Source: Chiloscyllium plagiosum
Taxonomy: Eukaryota
Length of the DNA: 35,896 nucleotides
Direction of reading: 5' to 3'
Assembly: GCF_004010195.1 (NCBI RefSeq)
Contig: NC_057757.1
Coordinates: 6,237,914-6,273,809, forward strand
The position numbers and the translations under genes were made by a program. Shown piece by piece: positions 12,345 through 22,093 of this stretch (its first letter is position 1; the number at the start of each line of letters is the position of its first letter). A model generated the notes under the pieces. The model was not told the origin of the DNA, did not search any database, and worked only from the letters and a program-made list of their open reading frames with translations.

Positions 12345-12638
12345 TGAAGACAGGCTCAACCGTTACCACTGGTATGTCACGGCGCCAGCGATCCAGGTTC
12401 GAGTCCACCCCTCGTGTGATTGTCTGCATGGAGTTTGTACACTCTCCCTGTGTCTGCGTGGGTTTCTGCCTGGTACTCTGGTTTCCTCCCACAATCCAAA
12501 AATGTGCTGGTTAGGTGGGTTAGCTGTGGGAAATGCAGGGTTACAGGGATGGGGTGGGTCTGGCTGGGGTGCGCTTCGGAGGGTCAGTGTGGTCACGATA
12601 AGCTGAATGACCTGGTTCCTCACCGTAGAGATTCTGTG
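12345..12638 (+). mobile_element. HE1-type V-SINE (diverged)
   Basis: V-domain tgtctgcatggagtttgtacactctccctgtgtctgcgtgggtttc...ggtttcctcccacaatccaaa and tail gattctgtga. Confidence 0.85.
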
Positions 12639-13135
12639 AGGGAATGGTTGTGGAAACTGCAGTTTTGTGGGAGGGTGGGTGTGCATGCGTACTTGAGATA
12701 ATTAGTGGAGAGCTGGGCTGAGCTGGGTTGCATGGGGTGATTGTTGGAGGAGGGGTCATCAGGATCACGTAGGGGAGGGCTGGGCTCACAGGGATTGGAA
12801 AGGAGTGTGGCTTGCAAAGGTTGGTGGTTGGGATCAGGGTCGTGTAAGGTTGGGTGTGAGTTGCGGAGTGTCAGATTGTGGGGTCTGGTTGGAATCACAT
12901 CAGGCGTTGGGAAAGGAGGGCGTGTTGGAGAAGGTTGAGGAGGATCAGGTTTCGGATGGGAGTGAAGAGTTGGAGCAGCGTGAGAGATTGGGAATGGTAG
13001 GTGTAAGGATGCAGAGGTTCCGTTTGGGAGGATTAGGGTTGCGTGAGGGATTGGGGAGGGTCAGTGCGCAGTATTGAGCTGAGTCTGCGTTCGGCCAGAC
13101 TAGATTCTGCTGACTCTGTTCTCCTGTTGCCACAG

Positions 13136-13309
13136 GAAGTGGTGGGTTACCAGCCATGCTGGTGGAAGCTGGGCCTGGTCGGTGTAGGAACAGTGTGCAG
13201 TGGCGGGCTGCTGCTCCTCGTTCTCTACTGGATGCCTGAGTGGAGCGTCAAGTGGATGTGCAGGGAAGTCTCGCTCCGAGATGCTACAGTTCTGCTGCTT
13301 TGGACCACG
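13136..13309 (+). CDS. ATP13A3: ATP13A3-like coding exon 2 (EVVGYQPCWWKLGLVGVGTVCSGGLLLLVLYWMPEW...LLWTT; N-terminal membrane hairpin)
   Basis: cacag acceptor and gtaagt donor; 174 nt, phase 0-0. The GGLLLLVLYWMPEW motif is typical of P5B ATPases. Confidence 0.93.
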
Positions 13310-13630
13310 GTAAGTGACACCTACAGCCACTCGGGAGAGGTGAGATATTGTAGAAAGCTGCCCTTTCTGATCCATTGCTTCTGACAAGGTAACATTTTAG
13401 TTCATAATTCTTCACCTCAGTAAACGTTATTAAAAAATTGTAAGGCCATCACCTCACCACTCTTGGTGGGAGCTTGCTGTCTGCAAATTGGCTGCCATCT
13501 GATGCAGACAAAGTCAGAGGGCCACCTGCAGCTGATTGGCAGTACTGCAAGCAGAGTTCACACTACCATCTGCAGCCAGACGTTCTCTGACTGACAGAGT
13601 ATTTCTTAATTAACATTCCTTTAATTGCAG

Positions 13631-13816
13631 GATGAGTTCCGCACATGCTTCAGGGTCAGAGTGCAGTTCATGGAGGCTCCGGGCTACGATCCCCTGGGAG
13701 TGCTGTTTCCCAGCTGTGATAAGGAACCTGTGTGCAGTGCAGCTTCCGTCATGATTGAGCACCCAGAGTGTGAAAAGGGCCTGCTGCCTGACACTCCAGA
13801 TGTGGAAAGAGTTCAG
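13631..13816 (+). CDS. ATP13A3: ATP13A3-like coding exon 3 (DEFRTCFRVRV...VERVQ)
   Basis: ttgcag acceptor and gtcaga donor; 186 nt, phase 0-0. Starts with the conserved TT|DEF; the rest is a variable linker. Confidence 0.85.
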
Positions 13817-14619
13817 GTCAGATTGAGGGTTTCTTGTTTGCTCTCTTTTCTGATCGAGATGGGACAGGACAGTGCATTGGGGCATATCCAATGCTGTAAC
13901 CATAACTTCGTTTGGCATTATTACTGCCTCTTGTAATCCAGATGTTAAACAGAAGCGTAAGCCAGTCTATTAAACAACCTTCTCCCCCTCTTCTTGAAGG
14001 ACAGAGACAAGTTCAAGATTAATGTAGGAGGGATTGGAGTTTGGAGACCTGGCGATTACTACACTGAACATTTTGCTCCTGTTCCTCCTAAACTCCCAAC
14101 CACCAAATTGCCACCATCTGTCACCCCTCCTAGTTAACCCATGTCCATCGTACATACCATTCCTGCGCACTGTTTCATGCTGAGACTCATTGAACTGCCT
14201 CCTACTCAAACTTATGCCCCTTTCCACTGTGGTACATTGGGCCTATGTAGTGCGGACATTCCTGGGAATAGGAGAATGGATTCTCCCCAGAGTGTAACCG
14301 TGCTGCGGAGTGTAATCAAATGAGGAAAACGCACGAGTGCCTTGTGGCACTGAGGTGTATAACTGTCTCGGATTGTTATAAGTGCCAGAGGGGCTAAGTG
14401 AGTTGATCTCAGCTGATTGTCCCTGGGTTTGTTGAAATTTCCCCTCCAGATTTCAATCTGCAATAGGAGTATGAGTGGCACATTGGGCTGCCACGTGAGG
14501 CTGGGGTGCTGCTGGGATTTTGGCAGGGATGACAGTGAATTACAAAATACCACTTCCATTCTGCAGCCCTCGCCACCCCTGACCCTGTTATTTGTCACCC
14601 CTTTCTTTTTGCAAATTAG

Positions 14620-14771
14620 ATCCGTTATTTCGTCCATCAAAACATCAAGTACATGTGGAGCCCACATGGGCAGGCGTTCCATAGACTGGCCGCGCTGGAG
14701 AAGGGAATCCCGTGCTCAGCCCTCCACGCGTGTCAAAGTGCCACTCTGCCCACAACCAGCAAAGACTATCG
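14620..14771 (+). CDS. ATP13A3: ATP13A3-like coding exon 4 (IRYFVHQNIKYMW...SKDYR)
   Basis: Pyrimidine tract plus aattag acceptor, gtacgt donor; 152 nt, phase 0-2. IRYF.H...KY.W matches ATP13A3. Confidence 0.9.
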
Positions 14772-14864
14772 GTACGTGCCCGCACGGTGAGGTTTGGGCC
14801 GGGCTTCAGAGGCAGGAGGGCTGCTCTTTCTGCTACAGCTACGTAAATTGGCATTGACCTAGCC

Positions 14865-15150
14865 CAAGACACCTCACGGCAGCACCAACAAAATATGACG
14901 CTGAGTCCTTTCAGGCAACGTCAGGGCACATGTACCAATGTTTGGTCAGAGAGGTAGGTCTTGAGTGCCACCTTAAGGCAGGCAGGAGAAGTTTAGATTG
15001 AGGCTTCCAGAACTGAGGAGCTTCGCACCAAAGGCACTGGCACTGTGGGTGAGTGATGGAGGTTGGGAATGTCTTTGAGAGGCCAGACAACTGAAATCTC
15101 AGAGTTCTAAAGCTGGATGTGATTTCAGAGGTGAGGGAGGGAGGGCGTGT
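14865..15150 (-). mobile_element. Probable ancient L2-type LINE 3' fragment
   Basis: ttggtcagagaggtaggtcttgagtgccaccttaagg...ttccagaactgagg pattern; a similar remnant lies at ~35340-35450. Confidence 0.35.
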
Positions 15151-15469
15151 CCATTTCGGTGTTGCTTAACAGGCAGCTGGCATAGGTCATTCAGCTGAGT
15201 AGGGGAGACCCTTGGGATTGAGGATGGCTTACTCCTCCGAGGGCGCACCCAATGGCAGATGATGGAATGGTTTTGAACTGAAGGCCACGTAGGCTGAAGT
15301 GTTTCCCATCTTTCAGGTGGGCCTTATCTCCATGTCTGTGGATAATTGCAGAAGGTGAGGTGCACGAGAGAATGGCTGGTATTGTGACACCTAACGTTTT
15401 GACCCTGTCGTCATTGAGCCGGGTGTTGGTGGTGCTTCTGTTGGGGCAGGTCGTGGTTTTGTCTTGTGG

Positions 15470-16070
15470 AAGTGGTGGTAAGGGTTTGGCGATGGAGGAC
15501 GCCCAGGATCTGCATATCCTTAGTGGAGTGGGTGTTAGCGTTGGGCCACAAGGCAGTAGTGTTGCTTGGTATGTGTATCCCGGAGATGTTCTCTGAAGCA
15601 TTCCGCAAGTAGGCGCCTTGTCTCCCTAAAGTAGAGGAGACCTCATTGGCAGCAATGGATACAATAAATGATATGTGTGGAAGAGCAGGTAAATCTCTGA
15701 CAGATGTGGAAAGCTCTTTTGAGAATTTGAATGATGGTGAGAGGAGAGGTGTGCGTGCAGATTTTGCAGTGTTTGCGGTGGCAGGGGAGGGTAGGTTGGT
15801 GGGGGAGGCATGGACCTGACAAGAGACTCACTTGGGAGAACGGTCTTTTCGGAATGCAGATAGGGGTGGGGAGGGAAATATATCCCTGGTGGTGGAGGTC
15901 TGTTTGTAGGAGGTGGATATGGCGGAGGATGATGCGATGTATCCAGATGGGGTGGAAGGTGAAGACTGAGGGGTTCTGTCCTTGTTGCGGTTGGAGGGGT
16001 GGGGTTCGAGGGCGGAGATGCATATGACAGCACATTCAAGGACTTTGGATTGGAAAAGGAGATGGAGATG
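15470..16070 (-). mobile_element. Penelope-like element, GIY-YIG endonuclease region (decayed)
   Basis: Minus strand reads PCHRKHCKIC...FTCSSTHIIYCIHCCQ*GLLYFRETRRLLAECFREH...KDMQILGVLH: PLE Zn-knuckle plus GIY-YIG motifs, with a stop and frameshifts. Confidence 0.85.
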
Positions 16071-16226
16071 GGACAATAATTTGCAAGGATGGCGGGGAGC
16101 AAGCTATCTATCTCTGGTGGGGTACCTCAAGGTGGTGTGCACTGTTCTCACTGATGTGTTTGGTGGGGCTCTTTTCTGTGAGGGCACTGGTTTGTCCACA
16201 GCTTCTCAAATGTTCTGTCTTCACAG

Positions 16227-16296
16227 GAAGCTCTTCTATGGTGAGAATCAGATTGATGTGAAAGTGCCTTCAATCCCTCGACTCCTGATAAAGGAG
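16227..16296 (+). CDS. ATP13A3: ATP13A3-like coding exon 5 (KLFYGENQIDVKVPSIPRLLIKE)
   Basis: tcacag acceptor and gtaagg donor; 70 nt, phase 2-0. Carries the YG.N.I.V.VPS..LLIKE motif. Confidence 0.95.
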
Positions 16297-16463
16297 GTAA
16301 GGCGTTTGGTAGCAGAACTTTGCACCCTTTATCCAGTGGTTCTACTGAGCCCTGTGAACTGGTTAAAATGAAATGAGAGGGTGAGCGGGAGGCCACATTC
16401 CTCACGGCTGCAGCATGCAGGTCTCTGAGATGGCAGGGCAACTTCCATCACCACCTGACCTTT

Positions 16464-16821
16464 GGGTGGCACGGTCGCTCAGTGGTGAACACTGCTGCCT
16501 CACAGCGTCAGGAAGGCGTGTTTGATTCCAGCCTCGTGTGACTGACTGACTGGAGTTTGCACATTCTCCCCGTGTCTGCGTGGGTTTCCTCCGAATCTTT
16601 TAGTTTCCTTACAGTCCAAAGCTGTGCAGGTTAGGGTGGATTGGCCATGAGAAATTGCCCACAGTGTGCAGGCATGTGTATGCTAGGTAGGTTAACCATG
16701 CGAAATGCAGGGTTACAGGGATAAGGTAGGGAAGTGGATTTGGATGGGATGCTCCAGGGAGGGTTGGTATAGACTCGATGGACTGAACGGCCTGCTTCAC
16801 ACTGTAGGGACTCTATGATTC
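16464..16821 (+). mobile_element. HE1-type V-SINE, full length
   Basis: gggtggcacggtcgctcagtggtgaacactgctgcctcacagc head, V-domain, and tail ctgtagggactctatgattc. Confidence 0.92.
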
Positions 16822-17174
16822 CTGCCAGCTGCATTCTGCTGAGCCAAAGGGAGAGGGCAGAGCAGGTTTGGGAAGGGAGCAATGTGATGAGGTTGATAAA
16901 AGTCTGCATTCCATGAAAGCAGGGCCTGGTACTCTGGGCTCAGGGAAATGACATCCCTGTAATTAATGAGTGTGTGAACAATTTTCCTTTCAGTATTTGT
17001 ATCCAATTTTTCTCAATACCGTCTGTGTGTTTGATGAGGGCAGTGTCACGGAAGATTCACTTTCTGCTTAAATGAGTTGCGAGAGCTTTACTTTCAATTT
17101 AAGAGTAGAGGGAGCTTTATTGAAGCTTAAAGAAGCTTAAATTGAAAGTTCTACTTTTAGTTTAAAAGTAGACA

Positions 17175-17545
17175 GAGATTTACAGTGTGTGTGCCCCTGT
17201 GCTGTCCCTGTCTTACCAGTGTTTGATGGGGACAAGAGTAGCAAGAGCTTTCCTCTGTATCTAACCCCGTGCTGTCCCTGTCCTGGGAGTGTTTGATGGG
17301 GGAATAGTGTAGAGGGAGCTTTCCTCTGTATCTAACCCCATGCTGTCCCTGTCCTGGGAGTTTTTGATGGGGGCAGGGTAGAGGATGCTTTACTCTGTAT
17401 CTAACCCCGTGCTGTCCCTGTCCCGGGAGTGTTTGACGGGGGGGTGGGGAAAGAACAGTGTAGAGGGAACTTTATTCTGTATCTAACTCCGTACTGCCCC
17501 TACCTGGGGAATGTTTGTTGGGGGACTGTGTTGAGAAAGCTTTAC
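17175..17545. repeat. ~70-bp minisatellite, about 5 copies
   Basis: Unit ctttcctctgtatctaaccccgtgctgtccctgtcctgggagtgtttgatgggg...gtagagggag repeated with variation. Confidence 0.9.
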
Positions 17546-17616
17546 TTTCAATTTAGAAGGGTAGAGGGAACTGACACTGACTGTAACCCATCTTGTACTT
17601 CTCTCATTTTCTGTAG

Positions 17617-17751
17617 GTGTTGAACCCATTCTACATTTTCCAAGTCTTCAGTGTGATTCTCTGGACTATTGATGATTATTACCTGTACGCGTCTGCCATT
17701 GTCTTCATGTCTGTTGTCTCCATCTGTACCTCCCTATACACTGTGAGAAAG
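17617..17751 (+). CDS. ATP13A3: ATP13A3-like coding exon 6 ([16 protein letters not shown]...SLYTVRK; TM1-TM2)
   Basis: ctgtag acceptor and gtaaag donor; 135 nt. Carries the P5 signature NPFYIFQ. Confidence 0.96.
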
Positions 17752-17840
17752 GTAAAGAGCTCCCTGTGAATAGCTGAGAAAACCAGCTCAGGCACCGTGA
17801 GAAACCTTCTGAACAGTCTCCTTTGTTTCATTCCCCCCAG

Positions 17841-17913
17841 CAATACGTCCTCCTCCACGACATGGTGGCTGCCCACAACGTGGTCCGAGTGAGGGTTTAC
17901 CGCAGCAACAACA
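17841..17913 (+). CDS. ATP13A3: ATP13A3-like coding exon 7 (QYVLLHDMVAAHNVVRVRVYRSNN)
   Basis: ccccag acceptor and gtgagt donor; 73 nt, phase 0-1. Resembles ATP13A3 QYVMLHDMVATH. Confidence 0.95.
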
Positions 17914-17935
17914 GTGAGTCGCCTCTTCTACAAAA

Positions 17936-18027
17936 CGGATATGGGTGGGTTTCGCTTCGACGGGTCGGTGTGGACTTGTTGGGCCGAAGGGCCTGTTTTT
18001 ACACTGTAATGTAATCTAAAAAAAAAA
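17936..18027 (+). mobile_element. 5'-truncated HE1/HER1 tail with A-run
   Basis: gggtcggtgtggacttgttgggccgaagggcctgtttttacactgtaatgtaatctaaaaaaaaaa; CpGs are intact, suggesting a young copy. Confidence 0.8.
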
Positions 18028-18170
18028 CGGTTTCGCGTCACGTTGCCTCGTGTCCGCTCTTGCTGTCTAATTCCTGCTCTTGGAAGGACCGGCAGCAGGT
18101 GAAGCGTTCGTGATTTCTTCCCCCTCTGTTCTTGGTTGTTTATTTCCTCTTTGTGTTTTCATGTTCACAG

Positions 18171-18302
18171 CAACGGAGGAAATCTTCTCCACCGACCTAG
18201 TACCCGGAGATGTCATCCTCATCCCAATCAATGGCATGATAATGCCGTGTGACGCCGTACTGATCAGCGGAACATGTGTGGTCAACGAGAGCTTGTTAAC
18301 GG
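18171..18302 (+). CDS. ATP13A3: ATP13A3-like coding exon 8 ([13 protein letters not shown]...VNESLLTG; A domain)
   Basis: tcacag acceptor and G|gtgagg donor at 18303; 132 nt, phase 1-1. Carries the LVPGD, PCDAVL and NES.LTG motifs. Confidence 0.96.
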
Positions 18303-18935
18303 GTGAGGGGTGATCCGTGTGGGTGCACTGGGCTGAGGGAGCTTGTTAACGGGTGAGGGGTGATCCGTGCGGGTGCACTGGGCTGAGGAAGCTTGTTAAC
18401 GGGTGAGGAGTGATCCGTGCGGGTGCACTGGGCTGAGGGAGGTTGTTAACGGGTGAGGAGTGATCCGTGCGGGTGCACTGGGCTGAGGAAGCTTGTTAAC
18501 GGGTGAGGGGTGATCCGTGCGGGTGCACTGGGCTGAGGGAGGTTGTGAACGGGTGAGGAGTGATCCGTGCGGGTGCACTGGGCTGAGGGAGCTTGTTAAC
18601 GGGTGAGGAGTGAACCATGTGGGTGCACTGGGCTGAGGGAGGTTGTTAATGGGTGAGGAGTGAACCATGTGGGTGCACTGGGCTGAGGGAGGTTGTTAAC
18701 GGATGAGGAGTGAACCATGTGGGTGCACTGGGCTGAGGGAGCTTGTTAACGGGTGAGGGGTGAACCGTGCGGGTGCACTGGGCTGAGGGAGCTTGTTAAT
18801 GGGTGAGGAGTGAACCATGTGGGTGCACTGGGCTGAGGGAGCTTGTGAACGGGTGAGGAGTGATCCGTGCGGGTGCACTGGGCTGAGGGAGGTTGTTAAC
18901 GGGTGAGGGGTAAACCGTGCGGGTGCACTGGGCTG
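18289..18935. repeat. 50-bp minisatellite, ~13 copies, starting inside coding exon 8
   Basis: Unit gagcttgttaacgggtgagg(g/a)gtga(t/a)cc(g/a)tg(c/t)gggtgcactgggctgagg with an exact 50-nt period (18291, 18341 ... 18891). Confidence 0.97.
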
Positions 18936-19225
18936 TCCGCCGCAGGCCCTCTATTGCCATGTCCTTACAACAGCATCCATTGCAATGTTCCCTGTGAAAC
19001 CCCCCTTCCTTGGTAGCTAGTTTAGATTTACTGTCACGTGTACTCAAGTGCGGGAGTACAGTGAAATGTGTCTAATGTCGCCACATACAACACCATCTTG
19101 GGTAGGGACAAAGGACGTACGTACAAAGTAGGAAAAGAAACCGAAACAAAGTTTTAGAAAGTTGGGCACGGGGCAATAAGTAGAAGAACAAAGTAAGAAG
19201 ATAAGCATGTTTCTTAAACAAAGTA

Positions 19226-19551
19226 GGGGAGGCAACGGCCTAATGGTAGTATCACTGGATTGTTAATCCTGCTACGGCAGATGGTGGAATTTGTATCGAT
19301 TAAAAAGGAAAACTGGAAGTAAGAGTCTAATGATGACCATGAAACCCTTGTCGATTGTTGGAAAAACCCATGTAGTTCACTAATGTCCTTCAGGGAAGGA
19401 AGCTGCCATCCTTACCCGGTCTGGCCTACATGTGACTCCAGACCCACAACAATGTGGTTGACTCTTAACTGCCCTCTGGGCAATTAGGGATTGGCAATAA
19501 ATGTTGCCTTGCCAACGATGCCCTCATTCCATGAATGAATTTTTTTAAAAA
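19226..19551 (+). mobile_element. tRNA-derived SINE (second family) with an internal head deletion
   Basis: ggggaggcaacggcctaatggtagtatc head; tail gggcaattagggattggcaataaatg...ccatgaatgaat. Confidence 0.88.
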
Positions 19552-20009
19552 CTAGAAACATGAAGTTAGAAGTTCAGCAGTCTTTGAGTCCTCCTGTTAG
19601 CCCGGTCTCTCCGGAAGACTGCCTGTTCCTGCCCATTGCTGCAGATACCAGGGGACCACCCTCCCCACTCGTTCTTCCTGCGTTGGTCCACGATGCCATC
19701 GCTGCTGCTGAAGCTGCCACCTCCCAGATCTCCTCCCGCTGCCTCCGGAGCATGCCCAGGCAGGACCCACTCTCTCTCACCGGGATGCTGGGCCGAGAAA
19801 CTGCCACGCTCCACAGAGATACCAGTCTGTCGTCCGATCAATAGGAGGCATTGCCCTGCCAAATGGGCACCTTGACTAAACCTGCCAGAACCATAGTGAA
19901 AGTCAGAATGGGCTCATCTCTGAGGTTATTGTTTATTACAAAGGGGCATTGAACACAGAAGTGAGGATGGTGTTCTGTTCTGGAGAGACCCCCTGTGGAG
20001 TAATGCAGG

Positions 20010-21010
20010 CATTTATTGGACTCCATGTTTAAAGACGGATGTAAATGTGTTAAAAGCAAGGGGGGTGGTGGAGGTGAAAGATTGCGGGGGATTGGTTGGG
20101 GATAGGCGAGAATGTGAAATAATCAGATCAACCTCAAGCTTATTAACTGGTGGAGCACGTTTGAGCGACTGAGTGACCTCCAAATCCATACGTTTGTACG
20201 TTCAGAGGAAGGTGAGGTGTTTGTCAAAATAGGGAACAATGGAAATATCTTGCAGAAGGCTGGAGGGGTTCACTGGTTTAATGAATGAGGCCTGTTCTCC
20301 CTGGAGCAATGAAGGGAGATTAGATATACAAAGCACAACAGGCAGCATCTGTGGAGAAAGATTCAGCGTTAACATTTCAGGTCACAGCGGCCCCTCTTTG
20401 GGACAGATTTGCAGACCTCCAACTGCTTTCGAGGGGCAGTTTAATAGCTGTGTACTAAATTGTGAGAGGTTTTTGATGGATTAGGTGGTGAGTGAGTGCC
20501 AAGATCAGAGTGGTGCTGGAAAAGCACAGCAGGTCAGGCAACATCTGAGGAGCAGGAAAATCGACGTTTCGGACAAAAGCCCTTCTTCATTCCTGATGAA
20601 GCACTTTTGACCGAATCACTGATTCTCCTGCTCCTCGGATGCTACCTGACCTGCTGTGCTTTTCCAGCACCACTCTAATCTTGACTCTGATCTCCAGCAT
20701 CTGCAGTCCCTCGCTTCCTCCCTGATGAGTGAGTTGAGTCCAGTGACAAGTGGGAACAGTAATCAAAGGGCACAGATTGAAGATGAAAATAACCCACGGG
20801 GGAGGTGAGGAACGTGAAGAGAAACATTTAAACGTGGCGTGTTGCAGTCTGGATTACGCCACTCGAGAGGATGTTTGAAGTGGATACAATGGGAGCTTTC
20901 AAAAGGTGAGGTTGAATAAATATGTGAAGGAGAGAATAGCTGCAGGTCTGCAGGGCAAGTAGAAGGGAGTGGGCTAATTGTATAGTAAGGTCCAGCACCG
21001 TTCAAGGCAA
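20010..21010 (+). mobile_element. Mosaic of old CR1 3' fragments with nested PLE pieces
   Basis: ctgttctccctggagc, aatcaaagggcacagatt and gctttcaaaaggtgaggttgaataaata are CR1-like. A degenerate PLE terminal piece lies at ~20335-20405. Confidence 0.5.
20500..20721. mobile_element. Second palindromic PLE terminal-repeat element with degenerate hammerhead cores
   Basis: Inverted arms at ~20500-20587 and ~20594-20683, same family as 9760-9978. Duplication tg(g/a)tgagtgagt at 20486-20497 and 20723-20734. Confidence 0.8.
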
Positions 21011-21119
21011 TGCAATCTAGCATTGCATCCTGTGTCCCTCCATGTCAGATGCTCAGCGGCAGCAATGTGGACCATCGATAAGATGCACCACGGCTGCCTT
21101 AACTGCACCTCCAAGACCT

Positions 21120-21400
21120 CGAACGTTTAAAATGGCAAGGGCAGCATTGGGAGCCCAACCTCTTGGAAATTCCCCTCCAAGTCTCACCAGTCTGATTTGG
21201 CGATACGTCACTGTCGCTGGGTCAAAATCCTGGAGTCCTTTCCCTAACAGCATTGTGGATGTCCCCTACACCCCTCAGACTGGAGAACTTGCAAGAGGCA
21301 GCTCCAGCGCTACCAGCATCACCGCCTTGAGGGCAATTAGGGATGGATAATAAATGCTGGCCTGGTCAACGAAACCCATATCCATGAACGAATGAAAAGA
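21120..21400 (+). mobile_element. LINE 3' end sharing its tail with the second SINE family
   Basis: ctgtcgctgggtcaaaatcctggagtcctttccctaacagcattgtgg...gggcaattagggatggataataaatgctggcc...ccatgaacgaat. Confidence 0.7.
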
Positions 21401-21557
21401 ACGCAGCATGAGCTGTCCAGCGTCCTCCCCTGTTTTGTAACTCATTTGACTTTGATCAATTATCACTGATCACCACCTTCGAAAGACTCTCTTGTGGACC
21501 ATGAATTGCCTTTTTAATGGCGTGTCTTGCTTTCTGTCTTCCCCCGCCCCACCACAG

Positions 21558-21749
21558 GGGAAAGTGTGCCCATCCTGAAAACCAACCTCCCGGTCCCTTC
21601 CCAGTGCAATGGGACAGCGCAGGAAGAAGAGGAGGAAGAGGTGTACAGCCCAGAGAACCACAAGCGCCACACACTCTTCTGCGGCACGGCGGTCATCCAG
21701 ACGCGGTTTTACAGGGGTGAGCCGGTGAAAGCTGTCGTTGTCCGTACAG
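21558..21749 (+). CDS. ATP13A3: ATP13A3-like coding exon 9 ([11 protein letters not shown]...[10 protein letters not shown]...VVRTG)
   Basis: ccacag acceptor and gtacgt donor; 192 nt, phase 1-1. Completes the TGES motif. Confidence 0.96.
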
Positions 21750-21861
21750 GTACGTGGGGGTGAATGAAGGTGATGTCGGGTCTGAGCTGCCTGGCTTGGC
21801 CTTGACCATATCTCGAAGTTTTCAATCCTTGTTTTTTTCCCCACTCTCCATCTCTCCTCAG

Positions 21862-22019
21862 GCTTTTACACCTCGAAAGGGCAGCTGGTTTGCTCGATCC
21901 TTTACCCGAAGCCCACCGACTTCAAGCTGTACCGCGATGCGTATCGCTTCCTGCTCTGCCTGGTGTGCGTGGCTGGGCTCGGCATGGTCTACAGCATAGT
22001 CAGCAGTGCCCTGAACGGG
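21862..22019 (+). CDS. ATP13A3: ATP13A3-like coding exon 10 ([26 protein letters not shown]...; TM3)
   Basis: cctcag acceptor and gtgagt donor; 158 nt, phase 1-0. [16 protein letters not shown] is ATP13A3-like. Confidence 0.96.
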
Positions 22020-22093
22020 GTGAGTATGGAGTGCGACCTGGGTAGCGGCGGCCTTGCAATCCACTCTCCTTTCTTTGTTGTTATTGTAGATGT

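Noticed and set aside
12030..13070. G/T-rich strand-biased stretch with Pro-rich or Gly-rich ORFs
   Set aside because: Low-complexity intron sequence plus a SINE, with no consistent period or coding signal.
16464..16535. tRNA genes at SINE heads
   Set aside because: A/B boxes are present but run straight into SINE bodies, and no complete cloverleaf is evident.
18289..18935. CRISPR-like regular repeat (also 27471-28477 and 17175-17545)
   Set aside because: Units are directly adjacent with no unique spacers, there are no cas genes, and the context is a eukaryotic intron.
19030..19870. GC-rich region with several short ORFs (19560-19875)
   Set aside because: No recognisable protein motif and no place for it in the ATPase frame (exons 8 and 9 join directly); probably an unclassified repeat.
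20335..20405. Further hammerhead-like remnant on the minus strand (...gacctgaaatgttaac)
   Set aside because: The CUGANGA box and GAAAC are mutated, so it is treated only as a decayed PLE fragment.
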